A stretch of DNA of 27,545 bases from a virus (Duplodnaviria; Caudoviricetes): the IMG/VR virus record IMGVR_UViG_3300021408_000050, positions 1-27,545 of that record; one strand, given 5' to 3'. The position numbers were made by a program, and so were the translations under genes. Position 1 is the first letter of the stretch. The number at the start of each line of letters is the position of its first letter. Under the pieces are notes generated by a model, which worked only from the letters and a program-made list of their open reading frames with translations, had not been told where the DNA came from and searched no databases. Below are positions 1-9,024 of the stretch, piece by piece.

Positions 1-4
1 GGCT

Positions 5-508
5 ATGCTACACGACGCGGGAGACCGAGAGCGAGAACTTCCCTGCATCGAGCACGCGACACGTCATGTGTTCCGTGACGAATGCTGGTCAGAAATGATG
101 AGGTGGCGTCTCCATCATGGATCGCCTCTTCACTCCGGGGAAAACTGGGTAGCCTACGAGAAAGCGGTAACGGAAAAAATCGTGGATGGAACAGCAGACA
201 CTCAGGACATGGCACAGAAAACAGAAATGTTTCAGCGTCTGCTTGACCATGACCACAATAAGTTCAAGCAGGAGGGGCAGATTTTCTACGATGACACCAC
301 TGGAAACTTTCTTGTCCCTCTGGAAAATGCGGCGGGAGAGAAGTTTTCCTTCCTCCTATCACTAGAGGAAGTCAGTAAGTTCCTCGGCAGACTGTCAGAT
401 CTGGTGCGTAGGTCGGTAGAGGACAACGAAGAAAATAAGAAGCGTAACGCCGGACTGCTTGAAGGCGTTAGTAACCAAGAGCTTGAAGGGGAAATCTACG
501 GCAGGTGA
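5..508 (+). CDS. Hypothetical phage protein (start may lie upstream of window)
   Basis: 167-aa ORF; its stop overlaps the next start (GTGA); no recognisable motif. Confidence 0.7.
   Translation: MLHDAGDRERELPCIEHATRHVFRDECWSEMMRWRLHHGSPLHSGENWVAYEKAVTEKIVDGTADTQDMAQKTEMFQRLLDHDHNKFKQEGQIFYDDTTGNFLVPLENAAGEKFSFLLSLEEVSKFLGRLSDLVRRSVEDNEENKKRNAGLLEGVSNQELEGEIYGR
331..350 (+). repeat. 20-bp direct repeat GGCGGGAGAGAAGTTTTCCT, copy 1
   Basis: Identical to 1051-1070. Confidence 0.9.
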
Positions 509-699
509 GAGGTGGAAGAAATATGTTCTACCACAGGAAGAAGTTTTCTTTGTGGGAGCAGGCTGTAATATTCATTCGTGATGTCAGGCGGATGAGTGAG
601 TGCAGCTTCAACTGTCCTGGATGCGGAAGCAGCAACACGCATGGTGAGTATCCTACGAACTGGGGATGCCACAATTGTGGATCAGCAGGACAGAGTTAG
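505..699 (+). CDS. Small zinc-ribbon protein
   Basis: CPGC...CHNC motif pair; GTGA coupling to the upstream gene (alternative ATG at 523). Confidence 0.65.
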   Translation: MRGGRNMFYHRKKFSLWEQAVIFIRDVRRMSECSFNCPGCGSSNTHGEYPTNWGCHNCGSAGQS

Positions 700-724
700 C
701 AGAAAAAAAAGACAGGGAGAAAAA

Positions 725-1045
725 GTGAGTAGCCAGGGACCTGAGGAATTCAGCGTGGAGCTGATGGAAAATCCTCTGATCTTTCTTCAGACAGAAGACA
801 AGCCGGACAAGAAAACTTTCATCAACCCATACCAGATCACGGGGTACGAATATTCCTGCTTGAAGCTGGAATCTGTACCGCAGTACGAGGACGAGGAAGA
901 CAAAGTTGAGTGGGCGGTGAAAATTTTCTTCCCTGGAATGGTGATTCTGTACCGCTGCCAGGTCGATGGAGAATACTGGCCCACATACGATGCGGCAGAA
1001 AAAGACTTCAAGAAGTTTCTGAACCCGAGGTACTACGGAGACTGA
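725..1045 (+). CDS. Hypothetical protein
   Basis: GTG at 725 after a GGGAG RBS; 3' part of the 596..1045 ORF. Confidence 0.65.
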   Translation: MSSQGPEEFSVELMENPLIFLQTEDKPDKKTFINPYQITGYEYSCLKLESVPQYEDEEDKVEWAVKIFFPGMVILYRCQVDGEYWPTYDAAEKDFKKFLNPRYYGD

Positions 1046-1050
1046 ACCTA

Positions 1051-1070
1051 GGCGGGAGAGAAGTTTTCCT
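1051..1070 (+). repeat. 20-bp direct repeat, copy 2
   Basis: Identical to 331-350. Confidence 0.9.
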
Positions 1071-1423
1071 GTAACGTCAGTCCTCAAGGGACCTAGCAAC
1101 CTCTGCCGCATAAGGTCTCTGTCGAGAAGCCTTCCTTCGCCCCTGCCATTGGGTTAACCCGAAGGGAGGTTTTCTCATGCTCAGAAGTAGGAAGAATGTG
1201 TACGACACGCCATAGCAGAAATCGAAAGAATGGCGGGAGAGACAAGCACCAGCTACTCTCGGTATAGACAGAGAGACCAGCAGGACAGAGGGACTGTATC
1301 CGGATGGGCAGAACTTCTGAGAAGCAGAAGCAGGAAAGAATAAAAAAAAAGATAAAGTAAAACAAAAGTTTCTCTCTGTGCCTGGTGCCGAGGAGAGACT
1401 AGAACGAGAAAGACTGCTAGGCT

Positions 1424-1434
1424 GATATACACCC
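1424..1434 (+). promoter_or_regulatory. GATATACACCC motif upstream of terS (candidate operator)
   Basis: Same 11-mer at 6472-6482 and 25182-25192; inverted core at 25141-25149. Confidence 0.5.
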
Positions 1435-1512
1435 AGTTCTAGTAGAAAAATTTCTACAATAGAAAACGAACATGGATGTGCTAGATGCCATCCACATAGT
1501 CAGGAGTGCCAG

Positions 1513-2157
1513 ATGCCTTCTGTCACGAAGAAAAAGATTGTTGTACGGCGCTCCAAGAAAAATGTTGAGCAGCAGGAAGAGAATTACTCAGAGAAGTTGG
1601 CAGAGATTCCAGGTGTAATCGCTGACCTGGACAAGAAAGTTTTTCTTGCTCTGACACGTGGTGATAAAATTCCTCTGCCCAGGTTGCCGCGCGGTCGTCC
1701 TAAGAAGGATTCGACCCGGCAGACGATTCTTGCTGAGCAGAAAAAAGTTATCTACGCCTTGCATGTTCGCGGGATGACAGTTCGCAGAATCGAAGAATGC
1801 ACAGGGCTCCCTATCGCCACGATCCATGACAGGATTTCTTCGGCGATCCAGGAACAGATCAAGCCTCTGGCAAGTGAAGTTCTTCAGGTCCGTCTTTCAC
1901 AACTTGAGACACTTATTCAGGACCTGACTCCTCGTGCCATTGCAGGGGATGAAAAGGCCATCCGTGCCATTCTTGCAATCCACGACCGGGAAGCAAAATA
2001 TCTTGGTCTGGATTCTGCGGATAAGCTTGATGTCAATGTCACTCCTCAGGATGAAGCTACACGAAATCTCATCCTTGCTGCTCGCCAGAAAAATAATGCA
2101 GAGCTGAAGAAAATTCAGGATGCTGCATCTGAGGGTGAGGAGTCGAACGATGAGTGA
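1513..2157 (+). CDS. terS: Terminase small subunit (HTH type)
   Basis: AGGAG RBS; RGRPKK motif then HTH (GMTVRRIEECTGLPIATIHDRI); C-terminal 'GD.KAI...L.I.DR.AKYLGLD' typical of actinophage TerS; upstream of terL. Confidence 0.8.
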   Translation: MPSVTKKKIVVRRSKKNVEQQEENYSEKLAEIPGVIADLDKKVFLALTRGDKIPLPRLPRGRPKKDSTRQTILAEQKKVIYALHVRGMTVRRIEECTGLPIATIHDRISSAIQEQIKPLASEVLQVRLSQLETLIQDLTPRAIAGDEKAIRAILAIHDREAKYLGLDSADKLDVNVTPQDEATRNLILAARQKNNAELKKIQDAASEGEESNDE

Positions 2158-2413
2158 CACCAGGAAAGCTGAAGAAGAATCCACTTACTACATTGAAAGT
2201 CTTGTCCCATCTTTTCTCGCCAGTGATGGTGGGTACATTGCAGTCCTGAAGAAGTACCTCTTCGATATTGTTTCGTCGCAGGAGTGGACTGTGATGGATG
2301 GGCCTCGTCGTACGTGGAAGTCTGCCGGACAGATTCTCGTGGAACCTCCGACAGGATTTGTGGAAGTTCACATCGAAGTTACTGTTCGTGAGTTTGATAC
2401 GTGGGTGGATTAG
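2150..2413 (+). CDS. Hypothetical protein between terS and terL
   Basis: ATG at 2150 after GAGGAG, overlaps terS end; 87 aa. Confidence 0.65.
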   Translation: MSDTRKAEEESTYYIESLVPSFLASDGGYIAVLKKYLFDIVSSQEWTVMDGPRRTWKSAGQILVEPPTGFVEVHIEVTVREFDTWVD

Positions 2414-2415
2414 TC

Positions 2416-3921
2416 ATGTCTACCAACGCAGAACTTTTCGACTTCGAGAAATATCTTGCGGGAATTGATCCTGATCTCCTCCTCTCGGTAGGGGGAAGGA
2501 TCGAAGCCACGAAGTATGACCCGCTTCTCTTCGCTGTTCTTTACTGCCAGAAACATATTCAGTCGGAGCAGACTGGAGAAATTTCTTTTGCAGATCTTCA
2601 CCTCGAACTTATCGAGCAGGCGAAGCAATGGATTGTTCAGTCAACCAGGCCACGGCAGCACAGAGATATTTATGTGGCTCCTCGTGAGACAGGAAAGTCT
2701 ACGTGGCTATTTCTGATCCTTCCTCTGTGGGCTGCTGCTCATGGACACAGGAAGTTCATCATTGCATTCGCCCATTCTGCAACGCAGTCACAGGATCATC
2801 TGAAAAACTTCAAGCATGAACTGGAAACCAACGCAAGTTTGCGTAGAGATTTTCCTCTGTTGTGTCAGCCTGCTACAAGGAATCGTGGGACAACTTTTTC
2901 TGACACGCAACAGGATTATCGTTCCAAGTCTGGGTTTGCTTTCAAGGCCCGAGGGATGGACACGCAAACTCTTGGTGTGAAAGTAGAGAATAAAAGGCCA
3001 GACCTTATTATTCTTGATGACATCGAGCCAGACGAAAGTTCTTACTCTGCGTATCTGAAGCAGAAAAGATTGCAGACTATTCTTGATGCAATTCTTCCGC
3101 TGAATGAATTTGCCAGAGTCGTGATGTCAGGTACAGTCACGATGGTTGGAAGTATTATTCATGACGCTGTGAAGTCTGTGACTAGGAAAGAAAATATTCC
3201 TTGGTTGCGGGAACAGAACTTCAAGGTTCATTACTTCCCTCCCCTCATCTCTCGGGGAGACGGTACGGAACGTAGTATCTGGCCTAAGAAGTGGACGGTG
3301 AAATATCTTCTTTCTATCCGCCACACCAGGGAGTACAAGAAAAACTTTGCCAATGATCCGATGGGTTCTGGTGGTGGCTTCTGGCTAGAAGAAGTTTTCC
3401 GCTATGAAGAACTTGACGGACCGCTGCGCACTGGACTTTTTATTGATCCTGCTACTAAGACAAAAACTTCTTCAGACTTCACCGGGCTAGGAGTGTGCAG
3501 CTTCAACCCCACCAAGAAAAGAATGATGGTGGAGCACGCCGAAGAAGTAAAACTTGTGGGAGAAAAACTTAGGGCAAGAGTTCTCAAGCTCCTAGAAATC
3601 TTTCCACATATCGGCAGGATCTTTGTTGAGGACAACCAGGGCGGAGAACACTGGCATTCGATCCTGCATCACATGCCGGTAAAAGTTGTGCTGTTCACTT
3701 CCACTGTGAAAAAAGAAGTTCGGGCAGGAAGAGCACACACACAGTATGAGCGAGGGAGGATCGTGCACCAGAAAAAACTTCCTGCTCTGGAAGAACAGAT
3801 GGTCGGATTTCCCAGGGCTCCGCATGATGACATGGTCGATACAGTTTCAGCAGCTGTAGAAACTTTCTTCAATCCAGTGAAAAAGAAGAAGCTAGAAGTT
3901 TCCTCGGCAAGCTACGTCTAA
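2416..3921 (+). CDS. terL: Terminase large subunit
   Basis: Walker A (APRETGKST), Walker B (LIILDDIE), RNase H-like nuclease acidic motifs (FIDPA, VEDNQGG, PHDDMVD). Confidence 0.95.
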   Translation: MSTNAELFDFEKYLAGIDPDLLLSVGGRIEATKYDPLLFAVLYCQKHIQSEQTGEISFADLHLELIEQAKQWIVQSTRPRQHRDIYVAPRETGKSTWLFLILPLWAAAHGHRKFIIAFAHSATQSQDHLKNFKHELETNASLRRDFPLLCQPATRNRGTTFSDTQQDYRSKSGFAFKARGMDTQTLGVKVENKRPDLIILDDIEPDESSYSAYLKQKRLQTILDAILPLNEFARVVMSGTVTMVGSIIHDAVKSVTRKENIPWLREQNFKVHYFPPLISRGDGTERSIWPKKWTVKYLLSIRHTREYKKNFANDPMGSGGGFWLEEVFRYEELDGPLRTGLFIDPATKTKTSSDFTGLGVCSFNPTKKRMMVEHAEEVKLVGEKLRARVLKLLEIFPHIGRIFVEDNQGGEHWHSILHHMPVKVVLFTSTVKKEVRAGRAHTQYERGRIVHQKKLPALEEQMVGFPRAPHDDMVDTVSAAVETFFNPVKKKKLEVSSASYV

Positions 3922-3939
3922 GAAAGTGAGAAACACATC

Positions 3940-5496
3940 ATGGCTACAGTAGTAGATCCAGTGCAAGATGTTCGGGTCAGTATCGCAACAGATGATCTGA
4001 TGGAAGCTGTTCGGGAAATTCAGGAGCACTACGACGACTACGAAATTGCAGAGCAGTATTACAAGGGTGACGTTCCAGAAATTATCTGTAACCCGAAGCT
4101 GCGCCGAATCATGGAGCAGTATGGGGAGGCTTACAAGTTCAATCTTGCCAAGACTCCTGTGAACGCAGTTGCCGACCGGCTGACTATTCAGTCTCTCCAG
4201 GTGCGTGGAGAAAACGAAACTGCAAATAATGTTCTGCGTGAAATCTGGGATGGCAACCGGATGAAGCGTCAGTCTGCGGAAGTAAATCTCAAGTCATGTG
4301 AGTTCGGAGATTTCTATCTATTCGCATGGGCGGGAGAAGAAGAGGGCTCAGTACAGGTAACACAGAACTACCCGCAGACCACCAGGATTTTCTACGATGA
4401 AGAAACTGGACTTCCTAAGTTCGGCGCCAAGATCTGGAAGTCGAAGAATTCTTTCGGACAGACTTACTGGAGGTCAACACTTTATTACAAGGATCATTTC
4501 GAAAAGTACGTGACGGTTGCTGGTATGGATCCTACAGCTCCCACGTCCTGGAAGTTTTTCTATGACTCATACGACGAGGACGAGAACGGAGTATGGCCAG
4601 AGAACCCGTACGGCCGTCTCCCGCTCTTCCACTTCCGCACTGGCACACCTTATGGGACTCCGGTCCACAAGGACGCGTACGGACCGCAGAACGCCGTCAC
4701 GAAGCAAATTGTGACGCAGATGTCCACCACAGATTTCATGGGATTTCCGCAGCGTTATTTTCTGATGGATCCGCAAATCGCAGGTTCCGAAGAAGATGAC
4801 ACCATGTCTGAGTGGGACGATGACGATTCTGAATCTCAGAAAACTTCTGGGGAAGAATCCAAGCTGACCGGTGGTCCTGGTCGAGTCTGGATGCTGAAAG
4901 GGCTGAAGGCTGCTGGAGAATTTTCTACGGCCAACCCGGAAAACTTTCTGAAGCCAGCAGAGTTTTATGTGCGGATGATGGCGCAGACAACCACAACGCC
5001 TCTGCATTATTTCGACCCTTCAGGAGACGCACCGTCGGGAGAAAGCCTCAAGACAGCAGATGCACCATTGGTGAAGAAAACTGAGGACATGCAAGATTCT
5101 CTCGGATCCTCGTGGGAAGAGTGGGCAGAGTTTTGTCTTCTCGTTGCGGGTGTAGAAGATGTACGGGTAGACGTTCGTTGGAAGCCTGCTGAGTCCACAC
5201 AGAGCAAGGATGGATGGGATGTCATCCAAGCAAAGATTGAGGCAGGCGTACCGCCACGTCAGGCTTTCTTGGAAGCCGGATACACAAGTGAAGAAGTAAC
5301 TTCATGGGGCATCCCGACCTTTGAAGAAAACAACGAGACTCAGAATCTAGTTCGTCGTGTAGGAATCCTCAACACAATTGGGGAGGCAGTACAGAAGTTG
5401 GCCGCAGGAGTTGGGACAGGAATTCTCTCCGAAGAAACTACGGCTGCTCTGGTGACTCGTGTTCTTGGGGAAACAAATACTGAGACGGAACTCTGA
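3940..5496 (+). CDS. Portal protein (SPP1 gp6-like)
   Basis: Follows terL; 518 aa; YYKGD, NPYGRLPLFHF, GFPQRY and PSGESLK motifs typical of SPP1-type portals. Confidence 0.92.
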   Translation: MATVVDPVQDVRVSIATDDLMEAVREIQEHYDDYEIAEQYYKGDVPEIICNPKLRRIMEQYGEAYKFNLAKTPVNAVADRLTIQSLQVRGENETANNVLREIWDGNRMKRQSAEVNLKSCEFGDFYLFAWAGEEEGSVQVTQNYPQTTRIFYDEETGLPKFGAKIWKSKNSFGQTYWRSTLYYKDHFEKYVTVAGMDPTAPTSWKFFYDSYDEDENGVWPENPYGRLPLFHFRTGTPYGTPVHKDAYGPQNAVTKQIVTQMSTTDFMGFPQRYFLMDPQIAGSEEDDTMSEWDDDDSESQKTSGEESKLTGGPGRVWMLKGLKAAGEFSTANPENFLKPAEFYVRMMAQTTTTPLHYFDPSGDAPSGESLKTADAPLVKKTEDMQDSLGSSWEEWAEFCLLVAGVEDVRVDVRWKPAESTQSKDGWDVIQAKIEAGVPPRQAFLEAGYTSEEVTSWGIPTFEENNETQNLVRRVGILNTIGEAVQKLAAGVGTGILSEETTAALVTRVLGETNTETEL

Positions 5497-6473
5497 TGGG
5501 TACCCCTGCACAAATTCTTCCAGAGACGATGCAGTCTTACGCACAGCAGGTATTGGCCCTGGAAGAAAAGTCTGCGGAACTCGCCTCAAAAAATATGGAC
5601 GAGGACTTCAAGAAGATTTTCCAGAAGGCCATCAGTTTGTGGGTGAAGGTATCTGGAAGTGTGCAGGGGGTTCCGTCAGACAATGCACGGACTGCAATTC
5701 TCGTCGTGCTCACAAAAATGTTGAACAAGATTGATCTCACCATTGCACCGGAATTTCTCATGGGTGCTGTGGGTATGGGTCTCGAAATGGGATTCGCACA
5801 AGCCCTGGAAGAAACTGGCGGGAAAGAAAAAGTCAAGAAGCCAGTCATCTCTCCCTCGGTGAAGGAAGCCCTGGATGAGATGCCTGGAAAACTTGAGCAG
5901 CAAATGAAAGATGGAAAAAAGTTGCTGGCTCGGGCACAGACTTTTTCTCAGGTAATCAACGCATTGAGCCAGGCAAGAAAAGTTGTGACCACTACAGAAC
6001 GAACTGCACGGTGGGCCACAAATGAAAGTGTGAATCACAGCGTAAGATCTGTAGCTGATCAGAAAAAAGTTCCACTGCTATGGATCCCGGAACGCAACGC
6101 CTGTGTTCACTGTCTCGCCTATGCAGGAAAAGTTTCCAAGCCTGGTCAGGATTTTCCCGCAGGACTCACGTTCGGTGACAAACCTCTGACGACAGAAAAA
6201 GTGAAGAACCCACCTTTGCATCCAAACTGTCGGTGTCGTGTTTTTCCGTGGCGAGGAAGCAAACGAGGAGTCGGGGCGGTAGATCTGCCTGCTGCTCTGG
6301 AGCGTGAGGCACAACGTTCTGTCCTGAAGGGATGGAGTGAGAGCACCAGCAATGCAGAAAGATTGCGTGCAGCAGACCGGCTATTGCAGGCGGGAACGAA
6401 TCTTCCCAAGACAGTACAGAGCGAAGCCAAGCGCGCGGTGAATACCGGAACCTTCCCAAATCCGCTACCCTGA
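5496..6473 (+). CDS. MuF-like minor head / head morphogenesis protein
   Basis: CVHC...PPLHPNCRC signature; directly after portal with TGATG coupling. Confidence 0.85.
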   Translation: MGTPAQILPETMQSYAQQVLALEEKSAELASKNMDEDFKKIFQKAISLWVKVSGSVQGVPSDNARTAILVVLTKMLNKIDLTIAPEFLMGAVGMGLEMGFAQALEETGGKEKVKKPVISPSVKEALDEMPGKLEQQMKDGKKLLARAQTFSQVINALSQARKVVTTTERTARWATNESVNHSVRSVADQKKVPLLWIPERNACVHCLAYAGKVSKPGQDFPAGLTFGDKPLTTEKVKNPPLHPNCRCRVFPWRGSKRGVGAVDLPAALEREAQRSVLKGWSESTSNAERLRAADRLLQAGTNLPKTVQSEAKRAVNTGTFPNPLP

Positions 6474-6482
6474 TATACACCC
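6472..6482 (+). promoter_or_regulatory. GATATACACCC motif upstream of scaffold gene
   Basis: Repeated intergenic motif (see 1424 and 25182). Confidence 0.5.
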
Positions 6483-6501
6483 GAAGAAAACGGAGCGCAT
6501 C

Positions 6502-7209
6502 ATGAACAACACTCGTGAAAACTTTCTTGAGAACTCTTTCGGAAAGAAGGAAACTTCTGGAACTTCTGGATGGTCTCACCCCTACCCGCGAGGAAATTTC
6601 TCTCCGTTCTGGTACGCGGATGGGGATGATGACGGAACGGACATCGACGGAGACGACGACGATGGGGACCAGGATGATGACGATGATGACTCGGATGGGG
6701 GAAAGGATGACGACGGAACAGACGACAAGTTCACCCCTCCTTCTGAGGTTGAATGGAAGAAGGTACAGCGGAAGCTGAAGCGTGCAAATACTCAGGCACA
6801 AAATCTGCGTACTGAACTTGACAGTAAGGAAAAGTCTGGAAAGGAAGTAGACGCAGATACAGAAAAGAAGTTCCGCGATGAAGGACGTAGTGAAGCAGAA
6901 AAGGTATGGAAGCCACGGTTTGTTAAGCAGGCTGCAAAGGCTGCATTCTCGCAGGCAGGGGCCAAGAGCGTGGACCGGCTGATCCGCATGCTGGACCTTG
7001 AAGAAATTGACGTTGATGAGGACGGAGACATCGACGGATTGGATGAACAAATCAGGGATCTGAAGAAGGAAGTTCCTGAACTCTTTGGCCCCAAGGTTGC
7101 TCGCAATGTTGATGCGGGAGACAAGACGAAAAATGGTGGGGGCGGGGGAGGAAAGAAGAGTGACTCTGCCACTGCTGAAGCGCTCCGCCGACTCGGTATC
7201 AGTAGTTGA
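6502..7209 (+). CDS. Capsid scaffolding protein
   Basis: Asp-rich N-terminal tract, coiled-coil middle, 'GLDEQI..LK...PELF' motif; immediately before capsid gene. Confidence 0.85.
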   Translation: MNNTRENFLENSFGKKETSGTSGWSHPYPRGNFSPFWYADGDDDGTDIDGDDDDGDQDDDDDDSDGGKDDDGTDDKFTPPSEVEWKKVQRKLKRANTQAQNLRTELDSKEKSGKEVDADTEKKFRDEGRSEAEKVWKPRFVKQAAKAAFSQAGAKSVDRLIRMLDLEEIDVDEDGDIDGLDEQIRDLKKEVPELFGPKVARNVDAGDKTKNGGGGGGKKSDSATAEALRRLGISS

Positions 7210-7238
7210 GTTATAGCGACCTGTTCGGAACTTGGTCC

Positions 7239-7266
7239 TTGCAGAAGTAGCGGGTATCGGTACTAT
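7239..7266 (+). promoter_or_regulatory. Candidate sigma70/HrdB-type promoter for the capsid gene
   Basis: TTGCAG-N16-TACTAT in a 175-nt intergenic gap. Confidence 0.4.
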
Positions 7267-7384
7267 GACAATAAGCGGTGTTCGGTACCCGCACTCTTCT
7301 CGTGATATCCGGATGGGTCCGAGAGACAGATCAACAAGAAGTATTCTCGAAAGACTTTTCGTTCTCGATGAGGAGGGTAATCCC

Positions 7385-8344
7385 ATGGCTCGTAACACCA
7401 TGGAAGCGTGGATCCCGGAAGAGTGGGGCGGGAAGGTTGTCTCAAAGGTTCAGCAATCTTCCGCAGTGGAGAAGCTGGCCCGTCCGGAACCGATGGCTAC
7501 TGATGTAAAGAACATTCCTCGTGACGCCGGTGTGGACACTGAGTCGGTTTCCAAGGGTGCTGCGTATGGTGAAGACACTTCCACGAACGATGTAGTCACA
7601 CTCACTGCGCGGAAGCTGGGCAAGGCGATTCGTCTTGCTGAGGAAGACCTCCAGGACACCAAGAATGTTGCGAACGTTCTGGACAACAAAAAGACTTCGT
7701 GGGCCACGTCTTACGCCAAGTTCCTGGACAACGCAACGCTTGGTGTTTCTGCGGCGGAGAATGGAACCACCATTCCCTTCACGTCGCTATACCGGGCGCT
7801 CAACACCACGAACGCAGCGACTGGATACACGGCTGATGACAATGTCGTTGTCACTGTCACGGGAGACACTTTCCTGGTGACGTACGACAAGCTCTCTGCG
7901 GCGTTCGGTCTGTACGAGGCGGGTGATTATTTCGATGACGAAAACACTGTTGTCATCGCTCACCCTTATTTCAAGACTGCTTTCCGTGGAATCAAGGACA
8001 CGACCGGCCAGCCTGTTTTTGTGCAGGGTCTCGCCGGAACTCCTGACAGTCTCTTCGGTGCTCCTGTTTCCTGGACGAATGGAGCGAAGGTTACGGCCAC
8101 TGCAACTTCTTCCCCGTCCGGTGCGGGTGGCGCTTCTGGTGTCGCAGGAAACCCGCTTCTTTTTGTAGGCAACAAGGATTACATCGTTCTTGGAATTCGT
8201 TCCGGTCCGGAATCCATGGTTGCTCCCGCTGATTCTGGTGTCGGTTTCCTGACTGACGAGACCATTATCAAGATGCGTGCTCGTCGTGGATTCGGTGTGG
8301 CACACGAGAAGGCTTGGGCGGTTCTGGAGAAGGTTGCTGCCTGA
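7385..8344 (+). CDS. Major capsid protein (HK97 fold)
   Basis: ATG at 7385 with GAGGAGG RBS; WIPEEW, IKDTTGQPVF and 'RARRGF' motifs; position after scaffold. Confidence 0.93.
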   Translation: MARNTMEAWIPEEWGGKVVSKVQQSSAVEKLARPEPMATDVKNIPRDAGVDTESVSKGAAYGEDTSTNDVVTLTARKLGKAIRLAEEDLQDTKNVANVLDNKKTSWATSYAKFLDNATLGVSAAENGTTIPFTSLYRALNTTNAATGYTADDNVVVTVTGDTFLVTYDKLSAAFGLYEAGDYFDDENTVVIAHPYFKTAFRGIKDTTGQPVFVQGLAGTPDSLFGAPVSWTNGAKVTATATSSPSGAGGASGVAGNPLLFVGNKDYIVLGIRSGPESMVAPADSGVGFLTDETIIKMRARRGFGVAHEKAWAVLEKVAA

Positions 8345-8382
8345 TCCAGAGCAGTACACTGGAAGTGGTGTTCACACATCAT

Positions 8383-8422
8383 GAGGGGAGGGGCGGCCCA
8401 AGTGGTCGTCCCTTCTTTCGTT
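8383..8422 (+). terminator. Hairpin terminator/attenuator after capsid gene
   Basis: 16-bp stem GAGGGGAGGGGCGGCC / GGTCGTCCCTTCTTTC with G-U pairs on the + strand. Confidence 0.65.
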
Positions 8423-8436
8423 CGGGAGGAAAAGAA

Positions 8437-8922
8437 ATGACTGAACCCAAGAAGCGGACAGTGAAACGAACAGCATCGAAGGAAACTTCTGAGGACATGA
8501 TTGTTACTACGGATCCTCTGCCTGAAAAGGAAACCGCAGAGCAGTCTCAGTTTCCTTCTCTCCGTGGTCTCCAGAATCTCGAAGTTGAGAAGCGCGGGGC
8601 AGACAACGACGGATCAGAAGACGGACGCTGGAGGAAGACCTACGTTCTTCTCGGGGATCTGGAATCTCTGGAAGACGAAGAGAATGAAGTTCACAGGAAG
8701 AACAGGATTGACGTTCTTCAGCAGGCCATCATGAACGGTCTGCATCCGCAGGAGGAAGCAAGTTTTGACGGGGCAGAAATTCATGAGGATGGTGTGAGTG
8801 TGAATCTCCATTATTCTGTGAATGTCATTCCGTCGATTGTGGATGAGGATCCAGAATCCGCTGTGACTCCGGCTGACGTTCTGGAGAAGGAAGAGAACGA
8901 GCCCGCCTCTGCGTCTGCCTGA
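8437..8922 (+). CDS. Acidic hypothetical protein of the head module
   Basis: ATG at 8437 after GGGAGG; 161 aa. Confidence 0.75.
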   Translation: MTEPKKRTVKRTASKETSEDMIVTTDPLPEKETAEQSQFPSLRGLQNLEVEKRGADNDGSEDGRWRKTYVLLGDLESLEDEENEVHRKNRIDVLQQAIMNGLHPQEEASFDGAEIHEDGVSVNLHYSVNVIPSIVDEDPESAVTPADVLEKEENEPASASA

Positions 8923-8939
8923 CTGCTGTAGGGCCGCTC

Positions 8940-8998
8940 AGGGCCACAGGGTTCCCGAGGTACCTACGAGGTGTCTTAGGCGCTCTGTGGCCCTTTTG
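8940..8998 (+). terminator. Long hairpin terminator
   Basis: AGGGCCACAG...CTGTGGCCCT outer stem with an inner stem, followed by a T run. Confidence 0.6.
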
Positions 8999-9024
8999 TG
9001 TACTCAGAGAAAGAGGTAATAAAA

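Noticed and set aside
1093-1365. 90-aa minus-strand ORF with hydrophobic N-terminus
   Set aside because: The Phe-rich start is the complement of an A-rich intergenic tract; no RBS; opposite to all neighbours.
6620-6730. GAC/GAT-rich low-complexity tract as a tandem repeat element
   Set aside because: Encodes the ordinary Asp-rich N-terminus of a scaffold protein.
7232-7384. N-terminal extension of the capsid ORF from TTG 7232
   Set aside because: A strong GAGGAGG RBS supports ATG 7385; the extension is not protein-like. Similar extensions at 596, 2120, 8314, 8998, 12519 and 25815 were trimmed for the same reason.
6166-7401. 411-aa minus-strand ORF
   Set aside because: Antisense shadow of the MuF, scaffold and capsid-leader region; its hydrophobic run is just the complement of the Asp codon tract.
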